Assembly: GCA_964494325.1 (NCBI GenBank)
Contig: CAZBTJ010000008.1
Span: 2,234 to 66,233 of the forward strand
Direction of reading: 5' to 3'
Origin: an uncultured Pirellulales bacterium
GTDB taxonomy: Bacteria; Planctomycetota; Phycisphaerae; Sedimentisphaerales; Anaerobacaceae
DNA length: 64,000 nt
The notes below the pieces were generated by a model that was not told the origin of the DNA, made no database searches, and saw only the letters and a list, made by a program, of their open reading frames with translations. The position numbers were made by a program, and so were the translations under genes. Position 1 is the first letter of the stretch. Each line of letters opens with the position of its first letter. This document shows positions 19,270-28,403 of the stretch, in pieces.

Positions 19270-20532
19270 TTACTCTCCTTGCCCTGCCTGAGGCATGGAC
19301 TGATTCGATTCCAGTGCGATCTCACCGACCTGCTGCAATGGCATCCCTTCAACCGGTGCGGCAATATCGGTCAACACAATCTGCTGCCCATCGGCCAGAC
19401 CACTGACCACACACACCTGCTCTTTCCCTCGAAAACTGGTGACAACAGGTTGAATCTTCAAAGTATTGTCCTCTGTCAACACCCAGACGTTATCCCCGTC
19501 GCGGAGCCATTCCCGTTGCAGGGGAATAACCGACTCAAGAATCTCACCCTGTATTTCCACATCCACTTTGGACCCAAGCAGCAACTTTGGCTTGTCTTTG
19601 TTTTCAGGCAACAAGGCCAGGGGGTCCTTGATAGACACCAACAGACGCGCCATCAAACCATCCGGCTCAATATCACTGAGTAAACGAATCACCACACCTT
19701 CACGCGAGAGGCCAGCCCCCCATGTGTCTGGATCATAAATGGTCACCCTGGAGCCTGTACCGTCCTGTCCGGACGGTGCATTGATCCATTTAAGTTTACT
19801 GACCGGCACAGAGGCTGCAATCCAGTATTCATCTGTTCCCACCAAGGATATCAGGCTCGACCCGGGTGACACGCGTGTACCCAGATCGATTTGCTTCTCC
19901 TGAACCACGGCATTGAAGGGAGCCGCGACCTGGCAACGATTCAAATCCAACTCAGCGCGACGCACGGCTGCCTGAGCCGCTTCCAGAGAGGCCTGCGCCT
20001 CTACCAGATGCGGTTCTCGCAATACCAAAGCCCGATCCTCCTCGGAGATCTCTTCATTGAGCATATCGTATTCCTGCCTGGCAATGGTCTGGTTACCTCG
20101 CTCCAACTCCAGTTTTAAATGAGCCTTGGCCACATCACTCTGTCGCTGCTGCAATGCCAAACGATAGTCACTCGCATCAATGCCCAACAGGGCCTGGCCC
20201 TTGGACACAATACCGCCCGGAATGACATCGGGACTCAGTGTCACAATCAAACCAGAGACCTGAGGACTGAGCGTCACGGCCTGTGCCGGTATCACAGGCC
20301 CTTGAATGTCGTCCACAACAACTCGCACCTGCGTCTGGTTCACGGTCTGCACCTGCACCTTTTTGGCCTGAGACTGAAGAGGCTTGCGTTTGGCCAAGGG
20401 CTTGGTCTTCATTTGAACCACGAAAAATGTGGCCGCCGCCGCAATAATCATAATGGGAATGAACAATTTGACTAAAAAGGCCACTAGCTTTGTACCGATT
20501 CCCGCATTGGTTTCAGATTGTTTGCTCTTCAT
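19270..20532 (-). CDS. RND efflux periplasmic adaptor (membrane fusion protein, HlyD family)
   Basis: N-terminal TM anchor and a coiled-coil hairpin region (RQSDVAKAHLKLELERGNQ...AQAAVRRAELDLNRC). Stop lies 4 nt before the RND permease start. Confidence 0.85.
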   Translation of the reverse strand: MKSKQSETNAGIGTKLVAFLVKLFIPIMIIAAAATFFVVQMKTKPLAKRKPLQSQAKKVQVQTVNQTQVRVVVDDIQGPVIPAQAVTLSPQVSGLIVTLSPDVIPGGIVSKGQALLGIDASDYRLALQQRQSDVAKAHLKLELERGNQTIARQEYDMLNEEISEEDRALVLREPHLVEAQASLEAAQAAVRRAELDLNRCQVAAPFNAVVQEKQIDLGTRVSPGSSLISLVGTDEYWIAASVPVSKLKWINAPSGQDGTGSRVTIYDPDTWGAGLSREGVVIRLLSDIEPDGLMARLLVSIKDPLALLPENKDKPKLLLGSKVDVEIQGEILESVIPLQREWLRDGDNVWVLTEDNTLKIQPVVTSFRGKEQVCVVSGLADGQQIVLTDIAAPVEGMPLQQVGEIALESNQSMPQAGQGE

Positions 20533-20566
20533 AAACTCACCTTATACTATGTTTTCTCGCAGAACA

Positions 20567-21967
20567 TTAGTTGGATAAATAGGCCATGTCTGGACGGTCC
20601 ATATCCCAGGCACCCGCCAGGGCACGACATAAATCAATGCGTCGCTCAATCAGCGCCCGCTGGGCACTCAACTGTGAACGCTCCAATCGCTGCTGTAGTA
20701 CCAGAGAATCCAGCACACGAAGATAATTCCCCATGCCTTTTTTATATCGCTGATCGGTTTGTTGATACGTTTGTTGGGCCAGATTCAACTGCGTTCCCAG
20801 ATTCGCCAAATAGGCCCGTTGATGGGTTTCCTGCGCGAGGGCGTCTTCCACTTCCTGAATGGACACCAACACGGTCTGTTTGTAGGTATGTATGGCCTGT
20901 GACAAAATGGCACGCGTTCGCTCAGCCTCAGCCTCACGCAGATTCGCGTCAAACACAGGCCCTGCCAAACTCGCAGCCAAACTGGCCAGCCAATCGTCAA
21001 ACAGGTCCTCAATCCGAGAGTCAGACGTGGTCAAAGTCCCTGTGAGACTCAGCGAAGGATACTTGTCTGCAATGGCCACAGCCGTGCGTAAGTCAGCCGC
21101 TTGAATCGCGTAAAATGCACTGGCCACATCCGGACGCTTCTGAATGATCTCCAGGGGTACGCCAGTGACAGGCAAGGGTGGCAACTCAATCAAAGCCAAC
21201 ATCTGGTCGGCCCAAGCCTGATCTGGCACACGACCCACCAGCACACAGAGTCGATGCTGCAACAGCTTAACCTGTTCTATAGCCTGAATCATTTGTCCCC
21301 GCGAAGATTCCACCAATTGTTTCTGACGCAACACATCGGGCGCCCCCACCTTGGCATTGCGAAACTGCGTGGTCACAAGAACCAGCACCTTCTTGTTGAC
21401 CTCCAACTGCTCTGCCACCAAAGCCACCTGAAGCTTGCCTTCGGCCAACTGATACCAAGTCTTGGCCACCGTCGCACTTAAAGTGACAGCCGCACCTGCC
21501 AAATCCTGGGCCCTAGCCCGAACATCAGCCAAGGACGCCTCACGACCAGAACGCACCTTATTCCACAGATCTACTTCATAGGAAGCCACCAGGCCACCCG
21601 ACAGACTGGTTGTATATTCCTCAGGCAGACCTGGCTCCCGGCGTGTTCGTGTGGCACCGGCTTGATACCTCACACTCGGCAACAAGGGAGCCCCGGTCTT
21701 GACCGCAATCTGTTCGGCCTGGACCAACCGATCCCATGACGTCTGCAGGGTAAAATTTCCGGCCAAGGCCTCTTCAATCAACTCATTCAATAGAGGATCA
21801 TCCAGAGACAACCACCACTTCTCAGGCAAAACCTCTGATCCTGTGGCTGAAAATGCCTCGGGCACTGCCATAACCGGCGCCACAGGCAGAGACTTAGATC
21901 TCGACCGACATCCAGCCATCCCCCCTATCAGGCCCACACAAAAAATCGATACAATCCAATTTCGCAT
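20567..21967 (-). CDS. Outer-membrane efflux factor lipoprotein (NodT/TolC family)
   Basis: Lipobox-like GGMAGC at the N-terminus. WW..L.D..L..LI..AL..N..L pattern (EKWWLSLDDPLLNELIEEALAGNFTLQ). Two repeated OEP halves. Confidence 0.85.
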   Translation of the reverse strand: MRNWIVSIFCVGLIGGMAGCRSRSKSLPVAPVMAVPEAFSATGSEVLPEKWWLSLDDPLLNELIEEALAGNFTLQTSWDRLVQAEQIAVKTGAPLLPSVRYQAGATRTRREPGLPEEYTTSLSGGLVASYEVDLWNKVRSGREASLADVRARAQDLAGAAVTLSATVAKTWYQLAEGKLQVALVAEQLEVNKKVLVLVTTQFRNAKVGAPDVLRQKQLVESSRGQMIQAIEQVKLLQHRLCVLVGRVPDQAWADQMLALIELPPLPVTGVPLEIIQKRPDVASAFYAIQAADLRTAVAIADKYPSLSLTGTLTTSDSRIEDLFDDWLASLAASLAGPVFDANLREAEAERTRAILSQAIHTYKQTVLVSIQEVEDALAQETHQRAYLANLGTQLNLAQQTYQQTDQRYKKGMGNYLRVLDSLVLQQRLERSQLSAQRALIERRIDLCRALAGAWDMDRPDMAYLSN

Positions 21968-21990
21968 ACAATTACCTCTTTTATTAGCTC

Positions 21991-22647
21991 TCAGCTGTCT
22001 TTAGACAGTTTCGCCCGAATCCCGGCAATGCCAGCCAGGGAAAACTCTGTAATATGATCGGCCAAGCGGTCTGAAAAACCCTCGGCCGCCATAATATCTG
22101 TATTGAACGGATGCTTGGCATGCTTGCCGCGACGATGACTAAATGCAAAACACAGATGCACCACGCTCATGGTACACAAATGGATCTGATCATTCGGCGC
22201 GTCAGGCCCCAATAACTCCTTAATCACCGCATAGGTGTACATCACGACCGGCTGAAGTGCGTCGGCAAACACCTCTTGAATGACCTCCGTAGGATTCGCC
22301 ATCTCCATCAGGAGGATCTGCCCTGCTTCGCCCAATGTGCCCTGATCCAAAACCCGGTGTACATGCGATCGAATCAGCGCCTTCAATTTCTGCTCAGCCG
22401 ACGCACTCTCGGACAATCCCTCATCCAGAGGATGGATCTCAAATGACTTGTCAAATGCCTGTCGCCAAACCTGGCCATACAGTCCATCTTTGGACCCGAA
22501 ATGATAATTTACAGCTGCCACATTTGCGTGTGCAGCCTTACACACCTGTGCGATTGTCGTGTCCTTATACCCCCTCTCAGCAAATACCCGAGCCGCCACC
22601 TCTAACAGTCGCTCACGAGTATCGCACCCATCTTTACGCATCACCAT
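21991..22647 (-). CDS. TetR-family transcriptional regulator
   Basis: HTH TTIAQVCKAAHANVAAVNYHFGSKDGLY. First gene of the efflux operon. Confidence 0.85.
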   Translation of the reverse strand: MVMRKDGCDTRERLLEVAARVFAERGYKDTTIAQVCKAAHANVAAVNYHFGSKDGLYGQVWRQAFDKSFEIHPLDEGLSESASAEQKLKALIRSHVHRVLDQGTLGEAGQILLMEMANPTEVIQEVFADALQPVVMYTYAVIKELLGPDAPNDQIHLCTMSVVHLCFAFSHRRGKHAKHPFNTDIMAAEGFSDRLADHITEFSLAGIAGIRAKLSKDS

Positions 22648-22662
22648 AACGCTATCTTTCCC

Positions 22663-22710
22663 AATTTAAACGTGCGATTTAAATATACATTTTAAATGCG
22701 CGTTTGAATT
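22663..22710. promoter_or_regulatory. Candidate TetR operator: 48-bp near-palindrome in the divergent TetR / histidine-kinase intergenic region
   Basis: aatttaaacgtgcgatttaaa (22663-22683) versus tttaaatgcgcgtttgaatt (22691-22710). The arms are reverse complements apart from the central CG-rich core and 1-2 mismatches. Confidence 0.45.
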
Positions 22711-22851
22711 AATCAAGCAGTTTTTTAAGAAAATAGGGATGATCTAAAGATCGCTCCAGAATTGTTTTACAAAATGAACCCTTTCCTTATATACTACGCA
22801 AGCCAAATTGAAGAGGGCCTGGTGTGGCATAAATGAATAGAGAGGATTACT

Positions 22852-23841
22852 ATGTCAGATACCCACAACATTCTTTCAGAGACATCGGAACAACCGCCAG
22901 TGCTGCGTATTCGCCCCGTTCGGAAGGCAATAATTGTGTCAGCATGCTACTTTACAGTGGCCTCTGTGTATATCCTGTTGTCCGGACAGATTGCCGCTTT
23001 GCTTTCCATGTCCGTGTCCGAGCTCGCCAAAGTCGAACAGATCAAAGGCTCTCTTTTTGTACTGACAACGACGGTTCTTCTGTTTGTATTGGTCTTCTGC
23101 ATGTTCAAACGAATTGCTTCAGACGAACAAAAGATTGAGTCGTACAGAGACATATTGATCGCTTCTGAACGCCGCGCTGCAGCCGGACTTTTTGCCTCTT
23201 CTGTAGCCCATGACATAGGGAGTATTCTGACTATCTCCAAACTGGCTACATCGCAACTCAGCACGGGCCCCAGTATCCCGGAAGACAAGCAATATCTGCT
23301 TAAACAGCTGGAACAGGCGAATCAGGCGTTGTTTAACCTGACAGAACGGTTAAGCAAGGCGCCCTCGCAGGAGACAACCGAGCAGTCAGTCAATTTTGAT
23401 TTGGTCACAAAGACCAAAGAAACCCTCAATTTAGCCCGCCTGCACAAGAAACTCATCCACTGCTCACTTGAAATGGACGCCCCGGATACCCTGGACTTCC
23501 GGGGCGATCCCCTGTTAATCCACCAGATGGTCCTGAATCTTCTCATTAATGCAGCCGACGCCACTGAGCAAAAGGGAAAGATTTTTGTCAAAATTCTGGA
23601 ACAGGAACAGGACTGCGTGATTGAAGTACATGATAATGGAACCGGCATCCCCCAGACTGACAGAGCACGTATCATGGAACCCTTCGTCACCACAAAAAAA
23701 GATGGCAGTGGCCTGGGTTTACTCTCAGTCAAAGCCTGTGCAGAAGCCTACAAAGGCAGTGTCAGAATCTCTGATTCACAACTCGGGGGCGTCTGCTTCA
23801 TCATACGACTCAAGAACCCCCTGAGCAAAGAAGCAAGCTGA
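22852..23841 (+). CDS. Membrane sensor histidine kinase (no cognate response regulator in the window)
   Basis: Two N-terminal TM helices. H-box FASSVAHDIGSILT, N-box VLNLLINAADAT, G-boxes HDNGTGIP and GSGLGLLSV. Confidence 0.8.
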   Translation: MSDTHNILSETSEQPPVLRIRPVRKAIIVSACYFTVASVYILLSGQIAALLSMSVSELAKVEQIKGSLFVLTTTVLLFVLVFCMFKRIASDEQKIESYRDILIASERRAAAGLFASSVAHDIGSILTISKLATSQLSTGPSIPEDKQYLLKQLEQANQALFNLTERLSKAPSQETTEQSVNFDLVTKTKETLNLARLHKKLIHCSLEMDAPDTLDFRGDPLLIHQMVLNLLINAADATEQKGKIFVKILEQEQDCVIEVHDNGTGIPQTDRARIMEPFVTTKKDGSGLGLLSVKACAEAYKGSVRISDSQLGGVCFIIRLKNPLSKEAS

Positions 23842-24004
23842 TATGGAAGGTCACTCGAAATGGCCTGATGATGACTTCCGGCCTTCTTTTGAACAGTCTA
23901 TAGCGGCAGCCATAAACTGGCCACACAACCCGTGATGTCCGGACCTTTGTAGACTTGATAAACCATCTCCCAGCCAGTACACTGTTTGCGTGTACTGTTA
24001 ATCC

Positions 24005-24679
24005 ATGTCAAACGGGAGTATTCATGTTATGCTAGACGGTTTATTTGAGAATAATCGGGCGTGGGCCGAAAGAATGAATCGAGAGAATCCAGGCCTATTT
24101 GAACGCCTGGCTCTTCAACAGGCACCCCAGTATCTCTGGATCGGTTGCGCAGACAGCCGTGTGCCAGCCAGCCAGATCCTGGGCGTCGGCCCGGGTGAAC
24201 TCTTTGTCCACAGGAACATCGGCAATACAGTGGTTCATACGGATCTGAATTGCCTGTCCGTGCTCCAATACGCCGTAGACATACTCAAGATCAAAGACGT
24301 GATGGTCTGTGGCCACTATGAATGCGGCGGTATCAGGGCCGCTTTGAACGGTCATCGTTATGGCCTCATCGACAACTGGCTCAGCCACATTCGCGAGGTC
24401 TTCACAAAACATAAATCCCTGCTCACCCCTCTGTCCCCGGACAAACAAATTGAACGCATGTGCGAGTTGAACGTGGCGGAACAAGTGCTCAATGTCTGCC
24501 AAAGCAGTGTCATGGCCGATGTGTGGCGGCGCGGCGAAGAAATCTGTGTGCATGGTCTGATCTATAGTATCCGAGATGGACTGATCAATGCCCCTATGCT
24601 CTCTGTCAAAAACCTGGAGGAGACCCAGGAAGCATACAACAACGCCATTGAGATCATCACTCTGAAATGCCAGCATTAA
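24005..24679 (+). CDS. Beta-class carbonic anhydrase
   Basis: Zinc-ligand motifs CADSRVPASQILG and VCGHYECGG. Length (224 aa) fits the Can/CynT type. Confidence 0.9.
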   Translation: MSNGSIHVMLDGLFENNRAWAERMNRENPGLFERLALQQAPQYLWIGCADSRVPASQILGVGPGELFVHRNIGNTVVHTDLNCLSVLQYAVDILKIKDVMVCGHYECGGIRAALNGHRYGLIDNWLSHIREVFTKHKSLLTPLSPDKQIERMCELNVAEQVLNVCQSSVMADVWRRGEEICVHGLIYSIRDGLINAPMLSVKNLEETQEAYNNAIEIITLKCQH

Positions 24680-25449
24680 TCGATTCGTCCCAACAAACGA
24701 AGCAATCCGTCCAGGAGCGTCAGGGGATGTGGTGGACAGCCAGGTACATAGAGATCCACGGGAATCCATCCTTCTACGCCGTTATAAACTTCTGGATGTT
24801 CCACAAATAGTCCACCACTAATCGCACAGGCCCCCACGGCAATCACCACCTTGGGACTGGGCACGGCCTCGTATGTCTTGATCAGGGCCTCTCGCATATT
24901 CTCCGTGACCGGACCGGTCACCAACAAACCGTCTGCATGACGTGGCGACGCGACAAACTCGATACCAAAGCGTCCCATGTCCCACGCCAGGGTGCCAAGA
25001 ACATTGGCATCCGCTTCGCAGGCATTGCAGCCGCCTGCGGAGACCTGACGAAGTTTCAAGGACCGACCAAATACACGTTGAATCAAGCCATCGTGAACGC
25101 TGGCACAGGCCTCAGACGTCCGATCAACCACCAGCGACTGACGATCTGACACAGCCAGTTGGTGATCCCGCTCAAACCGGATGATCCCGGCAGGACACGC
25201 AGACTCGCAGGCCCCGCAAAATAGACAACGCCCCAGATCCACACACACATGGCGATGATCGCCCTGGCCCGATATGTCAATGGCCCCGGTGGGACAGACC
25301 TCGACACAGGCCGAACAACTCGACACACAGGCCATGGGCTGGATGACTGGCCTGCCTTGAAACCGATCCGGCAGGGTCGGACTTGGCCCATCTGGATAAC
25401 TCAGGGTCTGGTACTTTTGTTGGAATCGTGCTCGCAATATATCAAACAT
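24676..25449 (-). CDS. Fusion of a 2x[4Fe-4S] ferredoxin (HycF/NuoI-like) with a NuoB/HycG-like small subunit
   Basis: N-terminal CSACVEVCPTGAI and CLFCGACESACPAGII. C-terminal NuoB-type cluster ligands GGCNACE, VGACAISGG, VPGCPPHP. Confidence 0.8.
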   Translation of the reverse strand: MFDILRARFQQKYQTLSYPDGPSPTLPDRFQGRPVIQPMACVSSCSACVEVCPTGAIDISGQGDHRHVCVDLGRCLFCGACESACPAGIIRFERDHQLAVSDRQSLVVDRTSEACASVHDGLIQRVFGRSLKLRQVSAGGCNACEADANVLGTLAWDMGRFGIEFVASPRHADGLLVTGPVTENMREALIKTYEAVPSPKVVIAVGACAISGGLFVEHPEVYNGVEGWIPVDLYVPGCPPHPLTLLDGLLRLLGRID

Positions 25450-25460
25450 GTGTCATCCTC

Positions 25461-26930
25461 TCATAAATCATGGCCACAATAGGATAGATTAAAGCTCTTG
25501 TTACACAGTGGAAAATCAGAGATTTGCTGATGACGCAGCGACAGAGCCAAACCAGACCAATTATGGAACGATGGGTCCACCACTTTATAGGCAGCCAGTT
25601 CGCCTTGCGCATCAGTCAAGGCCACGTGACAGATTTCGCCTCGCCAACCCTCGACCAGGGAGACTGACAACCGATCCCCGGCGCACGGTGTCATGGCTCG
25701 CATCACCGGCCCGGCAGGAAGAGAGGCCAACTGATCCTGAATGAACCGCATGGATCGCTTCGCCTCCAGCCATCGCACCATCGCCCTGGCATGCGCATCG
25801 CCTGCAGTACACACAGATACCGGCATCTGAGCCATGGCATACAAGCCGTATGGCAGGTCTCTTCGAACATCTTGCTCCAGGCCACAGGCACGGGCTGCCA
25901 CACCCACCAGACCAATCTCCACGGCCTGCTGTGGTGTCACAATTCCCACACCCTCCAGACGCGCCAGTACGGATGGGCTGTTAAACATCAACTCCACCGC
26001 TGACGTGACATCCTTCTCTACCCGGCCCAGACCCAGGTTGAGTCGCGATACACGTGTCTCATCCAGATCAAACCCCACACCCCCTGGGCGCACAAGCCCG
26101 CGTCCGAATCGGTTGCCGCACAGTTCCGCTGTCAGGTTGAGTACATCACCCCGAATCCGTCCACAGTAACTTTGCGTGGGTAAAAATCCCACGTCACCGG
26201 CCAGGGCCCCCAGGTCGCCGATGTGGTTGGCCAGACGTTCCAGCTCTGCAGCCACTGCACGAATGGCCTGGGCGCGGGCCGACACGGGCGTGTGACTAAT
26301 CGCCTCGACAAGACGGCTATAGGCCCCGGCGTGGCCAATGGTTGTGTCCCCGGCCAAGGTCTCCATCAGGTGGATACGTCCATTGATCGGCCCTGAGATT
26401 ATGCGGCATTCCACACCACGATGTTGATAGCCCAGCGAGATCTCCAGGTGCGTCACGGTTTCACCGTGACATTGAAATCGAAAATGGCCCGGCTCGATCA
26501 CGCCGGCATGCACCGGGCCGACTGCGACCTCATGGATCTCGGGTCCTGCCACCCGGAAAAAGTCCATCACGCCCACGTGTCCCGAAGAAAACCGCACCGG
26601 CTTGAGCCAGGGATGCCCCTGGGGCAGGATGTCCCATTGCTCATAGATCTCCCGCTCAAACAGGTGGACCTGGGGACACTCATTTGTCAGACTGGGATAG
26701 GTGGCCCCCACATCAGTCCAGACCAAGTCGAGTTTCCCGGCATGATCACGGGCCAGCACCACCAGGAGTCTGCGCGTGTCTGCCACAGGCACCACACATA
26801 GGCAAACCACCCTGGCACCGGCTGCCACGGCCCCGATCAAGGACCGACGAAACACGGCATACGACACCCGTGGAATATAAGTAACATCCACGACCAGGCC
26901 ATTGGTCAGGGTACAAAAAGTCGTACTCAT
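25461..26930 (-). CDS. NuoC+NuoD / HycE-like 'large subunit' lacking the canonical NiFe-binding cysteines
   Basis: Homology blocks AAELERLANHIGDLGALAGDVGF and DPSFHNWSGLALSL. Where the L1 motif is expected it reads METLAGDTTIGHAGAY; the C-terminus reads SDFPLCNKSFNLSYCGHDL. Start set to MSTTFCTL at 26930, where TGA and ATG share one nt with the upstream gene. Confidence 0.8.
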   Translation of the reverse strand: MSTTFCTLTNGLVVDVTYIPRVSYAVFRRSLIGAVAAGARVVCLCVVPVADTRRLLVVLARDHAGKLDLVWTDVGATYPSLTNECPQVHLFEREIYEQWDILPQGHPWLKPVRFSSGHVGVMDFFRVAGPEIHEVAVGPVHAGVIEPGHFRFQCHGETVTHLEISLGYQHRGVECRIISGPINGRIHLMETLAGDTTIGHAGAYSRLVEAISHTPVSARAQAIRAVAAELERLANHIGDLGALAGDVGFLPTQSYCGRIRGDVLNLTAELCGNRFGRGLVRPGGVGFDLDETRVSRLNLGLGRVEKDVTSAVELMFNSPSVLARLEGVGIVTPQQAVEIGLVGVAARACGLEQDVRRDLPYGLYAMAQMPVSVCTAGDAHARAMVRWLEAKRSMRFIQDQLASLPAGPVMRAMTPCAGDRLSVSLVEGWRGEICHVALTDAQGELAAYKVVDPSFHNWSGLALSLRHQQISDFPLCNKSFNLSYCGHDL

Positions 26931-28402
26931 CACAGCATCCCCCCACAGGTCGCGGCGGCGTGCAGAACCCGGTCCAGCCCCGCAGGGACCATCAGGCCCA
27001 ACCCCAAGACCACGGCCACCAGGGCCAATAGAGGCCACACCGAATCAGGAGGCTCTGTCTGCATGATCGTCTCAGACGGCGCCGGGCCAAAGACCATGGC
27101 CAGGACGGCACGCATCATCACCACAAACACCATCCCCAGACCCAGCAGATACAGTCCTGCCGAAATCCAGTGACCGGTCTGAACCGCGCCCTTTAGAATC
27201 GTGAGTTCGCTTAGGAACAGGCCAAAGGGAGGTGACCCAGTAATAGCCAGGATGCCGATGAGCCAAAACACGGCCGTGACAGGCAACCGCTTGATCAGTG
27301 CGCTGGTGCCCTGAATCTCCTTGGTCTGATACGCCGCCAGGATATTGCCCGCACACAGGAACAGCAGGGCCTTGGTCACCGAGTGATTGACCGTGTGCAA
27401 CATAGCCCCATAACCGGCCACTCCGCCCAGGCCCACACCCAGGGCGAGGATCCCCATGTGCTCCACACTGGAATAGGCCAGCATGCGTTTGTAATCAGTC
27501 TGCACGATCATCAGGGCTGCGGCCACACCAATGGAGAGCAAACCAAAGCCCACCAACAGATCACCACTGAACCGACCCAGATGGGCCGCCACCATGACCG
27601 AGTGACTTCGCAGGATGCCCATGAATGCACAGTTCAACAGGGCCCCGGACAACAGAGCCGAGACCGCAGAGGGGGCCTCACTGTGGGCGTCGGGGAGCCA
27701 GGTATGCATGGGGACCAGTCCCATCTTGGTGCCGTATCCCACCAGGCACAGGAGAAATCCGGCCTTGAGCCAGGTGGTATTGAGGGCCGGCGCATGTGAC
27801 AGGAGTGTTGACAGAGTCAAGTGTACCGTCTGCTCGGAGTGCGACGCAGCCACGGCAAAGAAAAAGTTACCCAACAGGGCCAGGGCAATACCGACCGAAC
27901 AGATCAACAGGTATTTCCAGGTCGCTTCCAGACTGCGATGATGCCGGTGAAATCCAATCAAGGGCGCACTGGCCAGGGTCGTAGCCTCCACAGCCATCCA
28001 CAACAGACCCAGGTGACGGCTCACCAGGACGAGTGTCATGGAGGCGAGAAACAACAACAGACACCCCACGAACCGGGCTTCAGGCGCATTGGAAAATAAT
28101 ACGCCCTCTTCGAAATCGCGTTCGACTCGGTGTACAGCTTCACGCCTGAGATAGCCCACACTATACACAGCCACCACCAGGAACAGGCCCGATGTCACGC
28201 TCAGAAACAATAGCGACAGCGCGTCGATGCCAAGCCAGGCATGGGCCTCTGGCGTAAGGGGCTGGGTCCAGACCCAACCGACCAGACCGGCATGCACGCT
28301 GGCCGTGACCACAAGCAGGATCGATCTCGCGACAAAGCCGCGTATGACCCAGCTCAGCAGTCCCGCCATGACGGGCATCAATATCATCATCCAGATGAGC
28401 AT
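26930..28402 (-). CDS. Antiporter-like membrane subunit (HyfF / NuoM-NuoN / MrpD family)
   Basis: 490 aa, about 14 TM helices, proton_antipo_M-like core (WLPDAHSEAPSAVSALLSGALLNCAF). Operon context. Confidence 0.8.
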   Translation of the reverse strand: MLIWMMILMPVMAGLLSWVIRGFVARSILLVVTASVHAGLVGWVWTQPLTPEAHAWLGIDALSLLFLSVTSGLFLVVAVYSVGYLRREAVHRVERDFEEGVLFSNAPEARFVGCLLLFLASMTLVLVSRHLGLLWMAVEATTLASAPLIGFHRHHRSLEATWKYLLICSVGIALALLGNFFFAVAASHSEQTVHLTLSTLLSHAPALNTTWLKAGFLLCLVGYGTKMGLVPMHTWLPDAHSEAPSAVSALLSGALLNCAFMGILRSHSVMVAAHLGRFSGDLLVGFGLLSIGVAAALMIVQTDYKRMLAYSSVEHMGILALGVGLGGVAGYGAMLHTVNHSVTKALLFLCAGNILAAYQTKEIQGTSALIKRLPVTAVFWLIGILAITGSPPFGLFLSELTILKGAVQTGHWISAGLYLLGLGMVFVVMMRAVLAMVFGPAPSETIMQTEPPDSVWPLLALVAVVLGLGLMVPAGLDRVLHAAATCGGML

Positions 28403-28403
28403 G

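Noticed and set aside
24095-24769. 224-aa minus-strand ORF mirroring the carbonic anhydrase gene
   Set aside because: It is a shadow ORF antisense to a gene with clear catalytic motifs. The following ORFs were rejected for the same reason: 18691-19683(+), 5712-6524(-), 10231-10956(-), 10673-11449(-), 49694-50428(+), 13795-14343(-), 33865-34353(-), 43585-44121(+) and 52811-53368(-).
26931-27038. Gly/Pro/Arg-rich N-terminal extension of the large subunit (listed start 27038)
   Set aside because: It lies entirely inside the HyfF-like gene in another frame. The Met at 26930 gives the usual stop/start coupling.
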